Positions 31,837 to 40,622 of a DNA stretch of 64,000 nt are shown here, piece by piece. Made by a program: the position numbers and the translations under genes. The notes below the pieces were generated by a model. The model was not told where the DNA came from. It worked only from the letters and a program-made list of their open reading frames with translations, and did not search any database. Origin of the DNA: an uncultured Chloroflexota bacterium. GTDB lineage: Bacteria; Chloroflexota; Dehalococcoidia; GIF9; AB-539-J10. The stretch is taken from positions 80,161-144,160 of the forward strand of contig CAISEW010000037.1 of assembly GCA_903884455.1 (NCBI GenBank), in the 5' to 3' direction. The stretch's first letter is position 1. The number at the start of each line of letters is the position of its first letter.

Positions 31837-32484
31837 TTAGTACCTTTCTTTGAGGCTGCGACGCCTGATAACTTTGAGCCAGTCGCCACCAGTTTTGCTG
31901 TGCATCTCTTTAATCCTGGGGATGTATTGTATGCCTAGAAATACTCCCAAGCCTATGGAGTAGAAGACTAAAGCCAAGGGCTCGTGGTAGCGGTCGTGGT
32001 AAATAAACCCCGCAACAAACGGGAAAACAATAAGGAGTAGGCTATAACTAAAGGTGGGATTACGAGTAATAAGTACAGCTATAAAAAAAACAATGGCGAG
32101 AAACGGAACTGCCCAGGGCATCAAGAAGATGAGAATCCCGATGGCGGTGGCTGCTCCTTTACCGCCATGGAATTTGAGGAAGATGGGAAAGATATGACCC
32201 ATCACGGCGGCCGCACCGGTAAGAAAATCAAACGGCCAAGTTGGAGTGGTGTCTAATAACCACCTCACCAAGAGAATTGCCGCTACGCCCTTGCCCAGGT
32301 CAGCTAAGGTTACTAGTGCAGCCTCCATTGGTCCGACCTCGTAGAAGACATTCATAGCGCCCATGTTTTTGCTTCCGACCTCTCGGATGTCTATCCCTTT
32401 TCTCAGACGACCGGCAAGATATGCTGAAGGAAAAGAGCCAAGGAGGTAGCCAATTATGATGGCGATAACTATGTTGTTAATCAT
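31837..32484 (-). CDS. plsY: glycerol-3-phosphate acyltransferase PlsY
   Basis: 215 aa polytopic membrane protein; GSxNxGATN-like motif ([10 protein letters not shown]) and HxGGKGxAT-like motif ([12 protein letters not shown]). Confidence 0.85.
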   Translation of the reverse strand: MINNIVIAIIIGYLLGSFPSAYLAGRLRKGIDIREVGSKNMGAMNVFYEVGPMEAALVTLADLGKGVAAILLVRWLLDTTPTWPFDFLTGAAAVMGHIFPIFLKFHGGKGAATAIGILIFLMPWAVPFLAIVFFIAVLITRNPTFSYSLLLIVFPFVAGFIYHDRYHEPLALVFYSIGLGVFLGIQYIPRIKEMHSKTGGDWLKVIRRRSLKERY

Positions 32485-32497
32485 TTGCCTGATGGGC

Positions 32498-32785
32498 TCA
32501 CTCTAGTATTGCCTGAACTTTAAAACAGTTTCCCTCTTGTTTTGGTGCGTTTGATAAAATCTCAGCTTGGGAATATGACTCAGCTACATCGTCTTTCCTG
32601 AAGACATTTTGTAGTGGGATGGTATGGGTCGCTGGTGGCACATTGGCTGTATCTACTTGCTTGAGTATTTCGAAGTTCTCCAGAATATTGGATAGCTGGA
32701 GGCTAAATTTCCCCACCTCCTCCTCGCTTAAGCCCAAGCGAGCAAGCCAAGCAATATGCCTCACCTGTTCATAACTCAGTTTCAT
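32498..32785 (-). CDS. gatC: Glu-tRNA(Gln)/Asp-tRNA(Asn) amidotransferase subunit C
   Basis: 95 aa; VRHIAWLARLGLSEEEV...NVFRED pattern typical of GatC. Confidence 0.8.
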   Translation of the reverse strand: MKLSYEQVRHIAWLARLGLSEEEVGKFSLQLSNILENFEILKQVDTANVPPATHTIPLQNVFRKDDVAESYSQAEILSNAPKQEGNCFKVQAILE

Positions 32786-32872
32786 CTGAGCGTAACTATT
32801 ACATTATAGCATTACGCTTCGTAATGTCACAGCGGTTGCTTATCTTCGGGGGCAAGATTATAATGGAGGGCC

Positions 32873-34918
32873 ATGCCAATCCGAAACGTTGTCTTGCTAT
32901 CTCATCAAGGGGCAGGGAAAACATCGCTTGCCGAGTTTATTCTCTTTACCTCAGGTGCTATTCAGCGTTTAGGTAACGTTAAAGATGGCACTACTACCTC
33001 AGATTATGACCCGCTTGAGGTAGAACGTCATATGGGCATCAACCTGTCCTTGCTGCCAATTCAGTGGCAGGGGATGAAGCTGAATCTCATTGATACCCCG
33101 GGATATGCTGATTTTATTGGTGAGGTAAGGTCGGGATTGAGGGTAACCGAGGGAGCAATAATTGTAATATGCGCTGCTTCGGGTGTGGAGGTAGGCACAG
33201 AGCAGATGTGGAACGATGCTGAAAAAGCAAATTTGCCTCGGTTAATATTTGTTAATAAGATGGATCGTGATAATGCTGATTTCTTCTCTACTTTGAAAGG
33301 AATCCAGGCTAAGTTGTCACCGAAATGCTTGCCTCTTCAATTACCCATAGGTTCACAAAGTGATTTTCAAGGCATTATAGATTTGGTGGCTATGAAAGCT
33401 TATATTGGCGCTGCCTCGCAGGAAGCCGAAATACCTTCAACACTCCGGGAACAAGCAGAGGCTAGCCGTGAGAAATTAGTAGAGGCTGCCGTGGAAGTTG
33501 ATGATGAACTCATTAACAAGTATCTGGGGGGTGAGCCCATAAACAACGAGGAAATTTTTGCTGCCATAAAAAAATCTACCATTGCTGGCAAGCTGGTGCC
33601 TGTCTTTGTTGGCTCTGCTTTGCAGGGCATCGGCACCCAGCAAGTTCTCAATGGTATTTGCTCCTACCTGCCTTCGCCCGAAGAAAAGGATGCCATTGTC
33701 GCTAAGAATGTTTCCACTGGTAATCAAGAGGAGATCAAACCTAATTCTGAATCCCCCGTATCCGGTCTTGTTTTTAAAACCACTGCCGACCCCTATGTGG
33801 GCAAGCTCAGCTATTTTCGGATTTATTCAGGTGTTATTTCCAGTAATTCCCAGGTTTGGAACGCCAACAAGAATAGCATGGAACGGATTGGTCAACTTTT
33901 TACCATGCTGGGCAAAAATCAACAGACAGTGCCACAGGTCACTGCCGGAGATATTGGGGCAGTGGCTAGGTTGAGTTTAACCACTACCGGGGATACTCTC
34001 TGTGCCCGCGAACATCCTGTGATACTCCCTGGTATCGAATTTCCCAAGGCGAATTTCAGCATGGCAATCCAGCCTCAGGAGAAAACCGATTTAGATAAGA
34101 TGAGCACCGTTTTGCCCAGGATTTGTGAGGAGGACCCTTCTCTCCAAACACGTCGCGAAGCTGATACTAACGAGTTTATTATTTCCGGAGTTGGTGATAA
34201 CCATCTGGAGATAGTCAGGGAGAAAATACGTCGCAAATTTGGAGTAGAGGTGAGATTAGATCTGCCAATGATTCCTTACAAAGAGACTATTACTATGTCA
34301 ACCAAGGCAGAGTATAAACATAGGAAGCAGAGCGGAGGACACGGTCAATATGGGCATGTCTTACTAGAGTTGGAGCCTTTGCCTCGGGGTGGGGGATTTG
34401 AGTTTGCTAAGAAGATTGTCGGAGGAGCAATACCCCACAACTATATTCCCTCTGTGGAAAAGGGAGTCAATGAGGCCAAGCAGGAAGGAGTTCTAGCCGG
34501 ATATCCTGTAGTTGATGTAAAAGTGAGCCTTTATGATGGTAGCTTCCATGCGGTAGATTCTTCAGACATTGCTTTTAAGATTGCGGGAGCACAGGCCTTA
34601 AAAAAGGGATTATCTCAGGGACAGCCGGTATTGGTTGAGCCTATAATGAACCTTACTATAACCGTGCCTGAGATGTATACCGGGGATATTACTAGCGATC
34701 TTAATACTAAGAGGGGACGCGTGCTTGGAATGAATCCCGCTAATGGCATCAATGTCATTGAAGCCCAGGCACCTTATGCAGAGCTGCTTCGTTATGCCCT
34801 AAATTTAAGGTCACTGACGCAAGGGCGCGGCAGCTTTGTTATGGGATTTGACCACTACGAAGAAGTGCCCGCTCATCTCAGTCAGAAAATCATCGCTGAC
34901 AAGAAGAAGGCGGAGTAG
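32873..34918 (+). CDS. elongation factor G family GTPase (EF-G paralog, EF-G2-like)
   Basis: 681 aa; G-domain (SHQGAGKTS, DTPGYADF, NKMD) plus EF-G domains II-V; divergent G1 motif relative to canonical AHIDAGKTT. Confidence 0.8.
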   Translation: MPIRNVVLLSHQGAGKTSLAEFILFTSGAIQRLGNVKDGTTTSDYDPLEVERHMGINLSLLPIQWQGMKLNLIDTPGYADFIGEVRSGLRVTEGAIIVICAASGVEVGTEQMWNDAEKANLPRLIFVNKMDRDNADFFSTLKGIQAKLSPKCLPLQLPIGSQSDFQGIIDLVAMKAYIGAASQEAEIPSTLREQAEASREKLVEAAVEVDDELINKYLGGEPINNEEIFAAIKKSTIAGKLVPVFVGSALQGIGTQQVLNGICSYLPSPEEKDAIVAKNVSTGNQEEIKPNSESPVSGLVFKTTADPYVGKLSYFRIYSGVISSNSQVWNANKNSMERIGQLFTMLGKNQQTVPQVTAGDIGAVARLSLTTTGDTLCAREHPVILPGIEFPKANFSMAIQPQEKTDLDKMSTVLPRICEEDPSLQTRREADTNEFIISGVGDNHLEIVREKIRRKFGVEVRLDLPMIPYKETITMSTKAEYKHRKQSGGHGQYGHVLLELEPLPRGGGFEFAKKIVGGAIPHNYIPSVEKGVNEAKQEGVLAGYPVVDVKVSLYDGSFHAVDSSDIAFKIAGAQALKKGLSQGQPVLVEPIMNLTITVPEMYTGDITSDLNTKRGRVLGMNPANGINVIEAQAPYAELLRYALNLRSLTQGRGSFVMGFDHYEEVPAHLSQKIIADKKKAE

Positions 34919-34987
34919 CTAACAGTTATCAACTGAAAGCTCGTGCGCTATCTTGGTCAGCTAATAAGTCTGCTATCTCAGATTATC

Positions 34988-35989
34988 CTAGCCGGCTAAT
35001 AATTCCTTTAGCTTGTTAGTAAGGGCTGGCACCACTTCTTCATATTTGCCCACCACTCCAAATTCCGCCTCCCTGAATATATTTGCCTCAGGGTCCTTAT
35101 TGATGGCTATGATGTGCTTGGAGCCTGAACATCCAGCTGTGTGTTGGCTAGCACCTGAAATAGCTATAGCAATGTAGATATCGGGGGCAACAATTTTTCC
35201 AGTAAGGCCGATATGCAGCCCCTCTGGCACCCAGCCATTATCAGCAGGAGGGCGTGAGGCGCCTACCGCACCATGCAGCAAATCAGCTAGTGCTTTCAAT
35301 ATAGTCTGGAAGGGCTGGGGACCACCCATTCCCCTGCCTCCAGAGACAATCACAGGGGCATCCTCAAGCTTAATGCCGACCGCCTCTTCCTTAACAGTTT
35401 CTAATATCTTTGTCCTTACTTTCGACGTATCTATGTCAATTTTAGTGGGTATGACCTCTCCTTTCCTTGAGGCGTCACGCTCCAACGGTGACATTGCCTT
35501 GGTCCTAACAGTAACCATCTGAGGCATAGACTCGCTGGTGAATACAGCTTGAGCGTTGCCGCCGTAAACAGGACGCGTTTGCACCAACAGCTTTGTCCCG
35601 GGGTCTATGCGTAAGTCGAGACAATCTGTTGTCACGCTGGCACCTAATCTGAAGGCTAGGCGAGGAGCCAGGTCTCTGCCCATGGATGTTTGTCCTATAA
35701 GTATCACGCGAGGGGAAATATCCTTGACCAATTTTCCCACGACTTGCATATAGGAATCAGCTTGGTATTCTTTGAGAGCGGGGTGTTCTACAGCATAAAC
35801 CTTGTCTGCTCCGAAGGCAATTGCTTCTTTCGGAGCTCCGCCAACTGCATCGCTGGCCAGCAGGCAAGATAAGTTTTCCTTTAACTCATTAGCAAGCTTC
35901 CTACCACATCCTAGTAACTCAGTGGTAATGGAGGCTAACTTCCCGTCTGCTAGCTCACCACAAACTAATATACCTTTGTATTCAGCCAT
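34988..35989 (-). CDS. etfA: electron transfer flavoprotein alpha subunit
   Basis: FAD-binding C-terminal domain; start moved to MAEYKGILV (35989) because it has a perfect AAGGAGGAAACA RBS and avoids a 44-bp overlap with etfB. Confidence 0.85.
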   Translation of the reverse strand: MAEYKGILVCGELADGKLASITTELLGCGRKLANELKENLSCLLASDAVGGAPKEAIAFGADKVYAVEHPALKEYQADSYMQVVGKLVKDISPRVILIGQTSMGRDLAPRLAFRLGASVTTDCLDLRIDPGTKLLVQTRPVYGGNAQAVFTSESMPQMVTVRTKAMSPLERDASRKGEVIPTKIDIDTSKVRTKILETVKEEAVGIKLEDAPVIVSGGRGMGGPQPFQTILKALADLLHGAVGASRPPADNGWVPEGLHIGLTGKIVAPDIYIAIAISGASQHTAGCSGSKHIIAINKDPEANIFREAEFGVVGKYEEVVPALTNKLKELLAG

Positions 35990-36005
35990 TGTTTCCTCCT
36001 TAACT

Positions 36006-36806
36006 TTAAAGTAATTTGGCTTCCCTGAGCCTTGCGGCCAGTTTAGCACCAGCTTCCGCAGCAGTGTCTCCTCCGATTATTTCACATTTGGATTCCTTGA
36101 CTGGCTGGAAGAGTTTATCTAGCTTGCTGCGCCTTCCTGCAGCGCCAAGTTTTGAAGGCTCGAGCCCAATATCGGCTGGTTTCCAAACAGCGGGTTGTTT
36201 TTTAGCTGCTGCCATGATTCCTTTCAAGGTGGCATAACGCAGTGCTCCTATCCCGCTGGTTACTATAATTAGGACGGGAAGCGTCACTTCGACAACTTGA
36301 TAGCCGTCGGGGATAACTCGCTCAACCTTTGCCTTCCCATCGCTGACCTCTACCTTGCGAGCTAACGTTACAGCTGGGATTCCCAAAATCTCAGCAATGC
36401 CTAGACCCACTTGCCCTGCATCCCAGTCAGATGATTGCCTGCCGCAGAAGATAATGTTGTATGCCCCTATTTTCTTTATTGCCGCGGCCAAGGCATTGGC
36501 AGTTGACCAACTATCGCCATCTTCAAAAGCTTTGTCCTCGAGGAGGACGAGTTCATCAGCCCCTACGGCTAGCGCTTTCTTAATCACATCTCGAACAAAG
36601 TTATTACCTAAGCTTAGCGCAGTAATTTTGCCCCCCGCGGTATCCTTGATTTTGAGGGCAGCTTCGAGCGCAAATTCCTCATATTGACCGATTACAGGTT
36701 TTACCTCTGGTGGCAAGGTCATTTTGTTGTTTACCACCTTAAACACAGCCGGTGGTGCCTCAGGATCAGGCACTTGCTTGCAGCAAACAATCATATTAAC
36801 TGGCAT
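36006..36806 (-). CDS. etfB: electron transfer flavoprotein beta subunit
   Basis: 266 aa; MPVNMIVCCKQVPD N-terminus typical of EtfB. Confidence 0.85.
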   Translation of the reverse strand: MPVNMIVCCKQVPDPEAPPAVFKVVNNKMTLPPEVKPVIGQYEEFALEAALKIKDTAGGKITALSLGNNFVRDVIKKALAVGADELVLLEDKAFEDGDSWSTANALAAAIKKIGAYNIIFCGRQSSDWDAGQVGLGIAEILGIPAVTLARKVEVSDGKAKVERVIPDGYQVVEVTLPVLIIVTSGIGALRYATLKGIMAAAKKQPAVWKPADIGLEPSKLGAAGRRSKLDKLFQPVKESKCEIIGGDTAAEAGAKLAARLREAKLL

Positions 36807-36983
36807 TCTCTAACCTCCTTAAAAGATTTTGCAACCAAAGGATGATATGGAAAAATTCGTCTTTTGTCAACAAACTACATCAGGTAAATTTAATATTATT
36901 GATTTCTGAGATGAAGGGTAATAGCTACTTGAACCACGGAATTAATGCTAAAATAGATAAAAATTGTTATTCAGAAGGGTAAT

Positions 36984-37931
36984 ATGTCATCTGTGGGACG
37001 AAAAGAAGAGAATATCCACTCAATTACGGAACGCAAGCTGACTTGGTTCTATATTGAAAAGCCTACTTCTAAAGAAGTTGAATTCTTAGCTCAGCGTTTC
37101 CATTTCCATCCTCTTGATCTGGATGATGTCCTCAGCCGCATACAGCGTCCCAAAATTGATGAGTATGAAGATTACTTGTTTATGGTGCTGCATTTCCCGG
37201 TATTTGATAAACAAAATCGTATAACCAGGCCCAGTGAAATGGATATCTTTATTGGTGAGAATTATGTCGTCACCGTTCATTGTTCCGGTGACCTCAAGCC
37301 ACTGGCTAAATTTTTCCAGGAATGCGAGACTGACAAGGAAAGCCGCGAACGTTACTTGGGGCGAAGCTCAGGATTTCTTCTCTATCACATCCTTGATAGA
37401 ATGGTTAGCTCTTGCTTCCCTATACTTGATAAACTTACCCAAAACATTGATGATGTTGAGGAAATTATCCTCACCAAGCCCGTTCCGGCGACTGTCCGCG
37501 AGATTTCCCTGATTCGACGTGACCTTATTTCCTTTCGCCGTGTCATTCATCCCCAGATTGCGGTAATTGAGACTCTTGAGAGGGAAGAATATCCTTTCTT
37601 CAAGGAGGAGCAGGAAGTCTATTTTGGTGATGTTGCTGACCACATTCGCAAAATCTGGGATGGGCTGGAGGATTGCAAAGAGGTCATAGATGGGCTTGCT
37701 GACACCAGCAATTGGTTAACGTCGCACCGGATTCAGGAGGTAATGCGAATTTTGACTATTTTCATGGCCATCATAATGCCCGTCGAGGTAGTAGCCAGCA
37801 TAGAAGGTTCGAACCTGCTTCCACAGTCTTGGTTGCATAATCCGTTATTGTTTGTGCTCAGCTTTGTTGCCCAGGTGGGTATTGTTGTTGCTATGATTCT
37901 CTTCCTGCGCCGTCGGCGGTTGTGGTTTTGA
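36984..37931 (+). CDS. corA: CorA-family divalent cation transporter (divergent: GSN instead of GMN signature)
   Basis: 315 aa; CorA N-terminal fold (HPLDLDDV..QRPKIDEYEDYLFMVL) and two C-terminal TM helices. The TM1-TM2 loop reads IEGSNLLPQS where canonical CorA has YGMNFxxMPEL. Confidence 0.75.
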   Translation: MSSVGRKEENIHSITERKLTWFYIEKPTSKEVEFLAQRFHFHPLDLDDVLSRIQRPKIDEYEDYLFMVLHFPVFDKQNRITRPSEMDIFIGENYVVTVHCSGDLKPLAKFFQECETDKESRERYLGRSSGFLLYHILDRMVSSCFPILDKLTQNIDDVEEIILTKPVPATVREISLIRRDLISFRRVIHPQIAVIETLEREEYPFFKEEQEVYFGDVADHIRKIWDGLEDCKEVIDGLADTSNWLTSHRIQEVMRILTIFMAIIMPVEVVASIEGSNLLPQSWLHNPLLFVLSFVAQVGIVVAMILFLRRRRLWF

Positions 37932-37979
37932 AGTGGCTAGTAAGCTAATCCACCTCCCGTATATCATCCTAAGTAAGCT

Positions 37980-38477
37980 ATGGAAATTAAATTCATTGCG
38001 GATAACAACGTGGGCAAACTGGCTCGATGGTTAAGGCTGATTGGCTATGATACTCTGCTGTTTAAGCAAAAAGACGATGGTCAAATGATTAAAATAGCTC
38101 TTAGCGAGAACAGGGTGATTTTGACTAAAGATGCCCAATTTATGAAAAGACGCTTGGTCACAAACGGCAAACTCAAAACTATACACATTAAACAGGATGA
38201 CTCTAAACTCCAGGTGCAGGAAGTAGTGGAAACTTTGAATTTAAATTATCATTTCAAACCTTTCTCGCTTTGCCTGGAATGCAATCGGGCATTAATAGCT
38301 CGGGATAAAGAAGAGGTGAAAAATCTGGTCCCCGCTCGCGTGTTTGAAACTCAAACTCAATATTCGCAGTGCCCCGCCTGCCATCGCATCTACTGGCCGG
38401 GCACACACTGGCAGGCCCTGGGCAAGAAGTTACAAGACTTGCAAGGGAAGTGTGGCGAAAATCGGGCTTCTACCTAA
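37980..38477 (+). CDS. Mut7-C RNase domain (DUF82-like) protein with C-terminal zinc ribbon
   Basis: 165 aa; PIN-like N-terminal region (FIADNNVGKLARWLRLIGYDT) and C-terminal CLECN...CPACHRIYW. Confidence 0.5.
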   Translation: MEIKFIADNNVGKLARWLRLIGYDTLLFKQKDDGQMIKIALSENRVILTKDAQFMKRRLVTNGKLKTIHIKQDDSKLQVQEVVETLNLNYHFKPFSLCLECNRALIARDKEEVKNLVPARVFETQTQYSQCPACHRIYWPGTHWQALGKKLQDLQGKCGENRAST

Positions 38478-38574
38478 TGCCCGTCTTTCCAGAGCTTCAA
38501 TAGTGGCACGGATGAGATAGTAGTGCTATACTCAGCCCGTAAAGCTAGGAGGCTAAAGATAAAGCTAAACACCT

Positions 38575-39345
38575 ATGTTATTAGCAATTGATATTGGGAA
38601 CACCAACGTTAAGATTGGTATATTTGATGGTGATGAGCTAAAAGCCACCTGGAATTTAGCTACCGGCATTCACCGCACTTCAGACGAGTATGGTGGGGTA
38701 TTGCTTAACCTTATGGAGCGAAAAAAGGTCTTGCCTTCAAAGGTGACCGGAGTAGCATTGTGCAGTGTCGTGCCACCGCTGTTGCCTACATTCGTGGAAT
38801 TGTGTGGGAAATATTTAAATACTAAACCCTTGGTGGTCGAAGCTGGCGTCAAGACAGGCATGCGCATCCGTCTGGATAATCCTAGGGAGGTTGGTCCTGA
38901 CCGCGTGGTCGACGCCGTGGCTGCCCAAAATCTCTACGGAAAGCCGGTGATAATTATTGACCTTGGCACCGCCCTCACCTTCGACGTTGTTTCCCAAGAA
39001 GGGGATTACCTTGGTGGTGCTATTGCCCCGGGGATTTTCATAGCCACCGAAGCTTTATACACTCGTACTGCTGCGCTCCCGCGAATCAGACTAAGCCGCC
39101 CGGAGCAGGTCATCGGCAAAAATACTATCTCGGCTATGCAATCAGGTATAATATTTGGTTACGTTGGGCTTATTGAGGGCATGATCCAACGGATAGAACA
39201 GGAATTGGGAACTAAGGCGAAGGTGGTAGCTACCGGCGGCCAGGCTTACTTTTTAGCCCAGGAAATACCGGCAATAGAGGTAGTAAATCCTGATTTAACT
39301 TTAATTGGATTGCGTCTTATTTATGAAATGAATAAGGAGCAGTAA
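38575..39345 (+). CDS. coaX: type III pantothenate kinase
   Basis: 256 aa; MLLAIDIGNTNVKIGIF; ASKHA fold motifs. Confidence 0.9.
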   Translation: MLLAIDIGNTNVKIGIFDGDELKATWNLATGIHRTSDEYGGVLLNLMERKKVLPSKVTGVALCSVVPPLLPTFVELCGKYLNTKPLVVEAGVKTGMRIRLDNPREVGPDRVVDAVAAQNLYGKPVIIIDLGTALTFDVVSQEGDYLGGAIAPGIFIATEALYTRTAALPRIRLSRPEQVIGKNTISAMQSGIIFGYVGLIEGMIQRIEQELGTKAKVVATGGQAYFLAQEIPAIEVVNPDLTLIGLRLIYEMNKEQ

Positions 39346-40559
39346 TGCTTAGAAACAAAACCATAGTTCTGGGAATAACAGGGAGCATTGCTGCCTACAA
39401 AGCAGCAGAGATTGCCAGTCAGTTGACTCAAGCGGGGGCCAAGGTGAATGTAATTATGACTGAAGAGGCCATCCAGTTCATCTCACCTGTTACCTTCCGG
39501 GCTATTACAGGTAGACCCGTAGTTACCGAAATGTTTGATTTAGCCTCTGAATTCAGTATTGAGCATGTCTCCCTGGCGGAAGCCGCTGATATAGTAGTTG
39601 TTGCCCCCGCTACCGCTAATATTATTGCCAAGCTGGCGGCTGGCATTGCTGACGACATGCTATGCTGCACGGTGCTGGCTACCAAGGCGCCGGTGGTCAT
39701 AGCCCCAGCTATGGAAACCAATATGTATAATAATCCAATCACCCAGGATAATTTGGCTAAGCTTGAAGCTCACGATTTTGTGATTATCGGTCCAGCCATG
39801 GGCTGGTTAGCCTCGGGCAAAGAAGGTCTGGGGCGACTCGCCGATATTAGGGATATTATAGGCAACATTTGCCAGGTGTTGGGTAGGGGTGGCGAACTGG
39901 CGGGCAGGCATATCGTGGTTACCGCTGGCGGTACTCAAGAGCCTATCGATCCGGTTCGCTACATCAGCAACCGCTCATCGGGGAAGATGGGATATGCCCT
40001 GGCTGAGGGAGCCCGTGACCGGGGAGCTAAAGTAACATTGGTTACAGCACCTACTTCGTTACCCGAGCCTGTAGGTGTTGATGTCATCCAAGTCGGCACA
40101 GCTCAGGAAATGCGTCAAGCAGTAGAGAATGTAACTCTCCGGGCTGACGCTCTAATTATGGCCGCCGCCGTAGCTGATTATCGCCCGATAAAGGCAGCTA
40201 AAGATAAGATTAAAAAAGGAAAAGTGGGGTTAACCTTAGAGCTGGAAGGCACGCCGGACATTTTAGGCACTGTTAAGGGAAATTTCATTAAAGTAGGCTT
40301 CGCTGCTGAAAGCAGCAACCTGGTGGAAAATGCCAAAGGGAAGCTAAAGCAAAAGGGGCTTGCCCTTATCGTGGCCAATGATATTACCGCTAGCGACAGT
40401 GGATTTGGCACTGACACCAATCGGGTGACCATAATTGACCGCGAAGGCAAGATTGACAGCTTGCCTCTCTTGCGCAAAAGAGAGGTGGCGGATAAGGTTT
40501 TGGATAGGGTGGCGAAGCTCCTTCCAAAGCCAAAATCCCGACGACCAAACAAGATTTGA
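39345..40559 (+). CDS. coaBC: bifunctional phosphopantothenoylcysteine decarboxylase / phosphopantothenate-cysteine ligase
   Basis: 404 aa; N-terminal flavoprotein domain (GITGSIAAYKA) and C-terminal CoaB domain. Confidence 0.9.
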   Translation: MLRNKTIVLGITGSIAAYKAAEIASQLTQAGAKVNVIMTEEAIQFISPVTFRAITGRPVVTEMFDLASEFSIEHVSLAEAADIVVVAPATANIIAKLAAGIADDMLCCTVLATKAPVVIAPAMETNMYNNPITQDNLAKLEAHDFVIIGPAMGWLASGKEGLGRLADIRDIIGNICQVLGRGGELAGRHIVVTAGGTQEPIDPVRYISNRSSGKMGYALAEGARDRGAKVTLVTAPTSLPEPVGVDVIQVGTAQEMRQAVENVTLRADALIMAAAVADYRPIKAAKDKIKKGKVGLTLELEGTPDILGTVKGNFIKVGFAAESSNLVENAKGKLKQKGLALIVANDITASDSGFGTDTNRVTIIDREGKIDSLPLLRKREVADKVLDRVAKLLPKPKSRRPNKI

Positions 40560-40622
40560 ATTTGTTCAGATATCAAGATTTCTTTCAGCTGACAGCCAAT
40601 AGCGAAGTTAGGTTTAGAGTTA

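Noticed and set aside
34988-36049. ORF-track 353-aa etfA start
   Set aside because: It would overlap etfB by 44 bp. The internal ATG at 35989 has a perfect AAGGAGG RBS.
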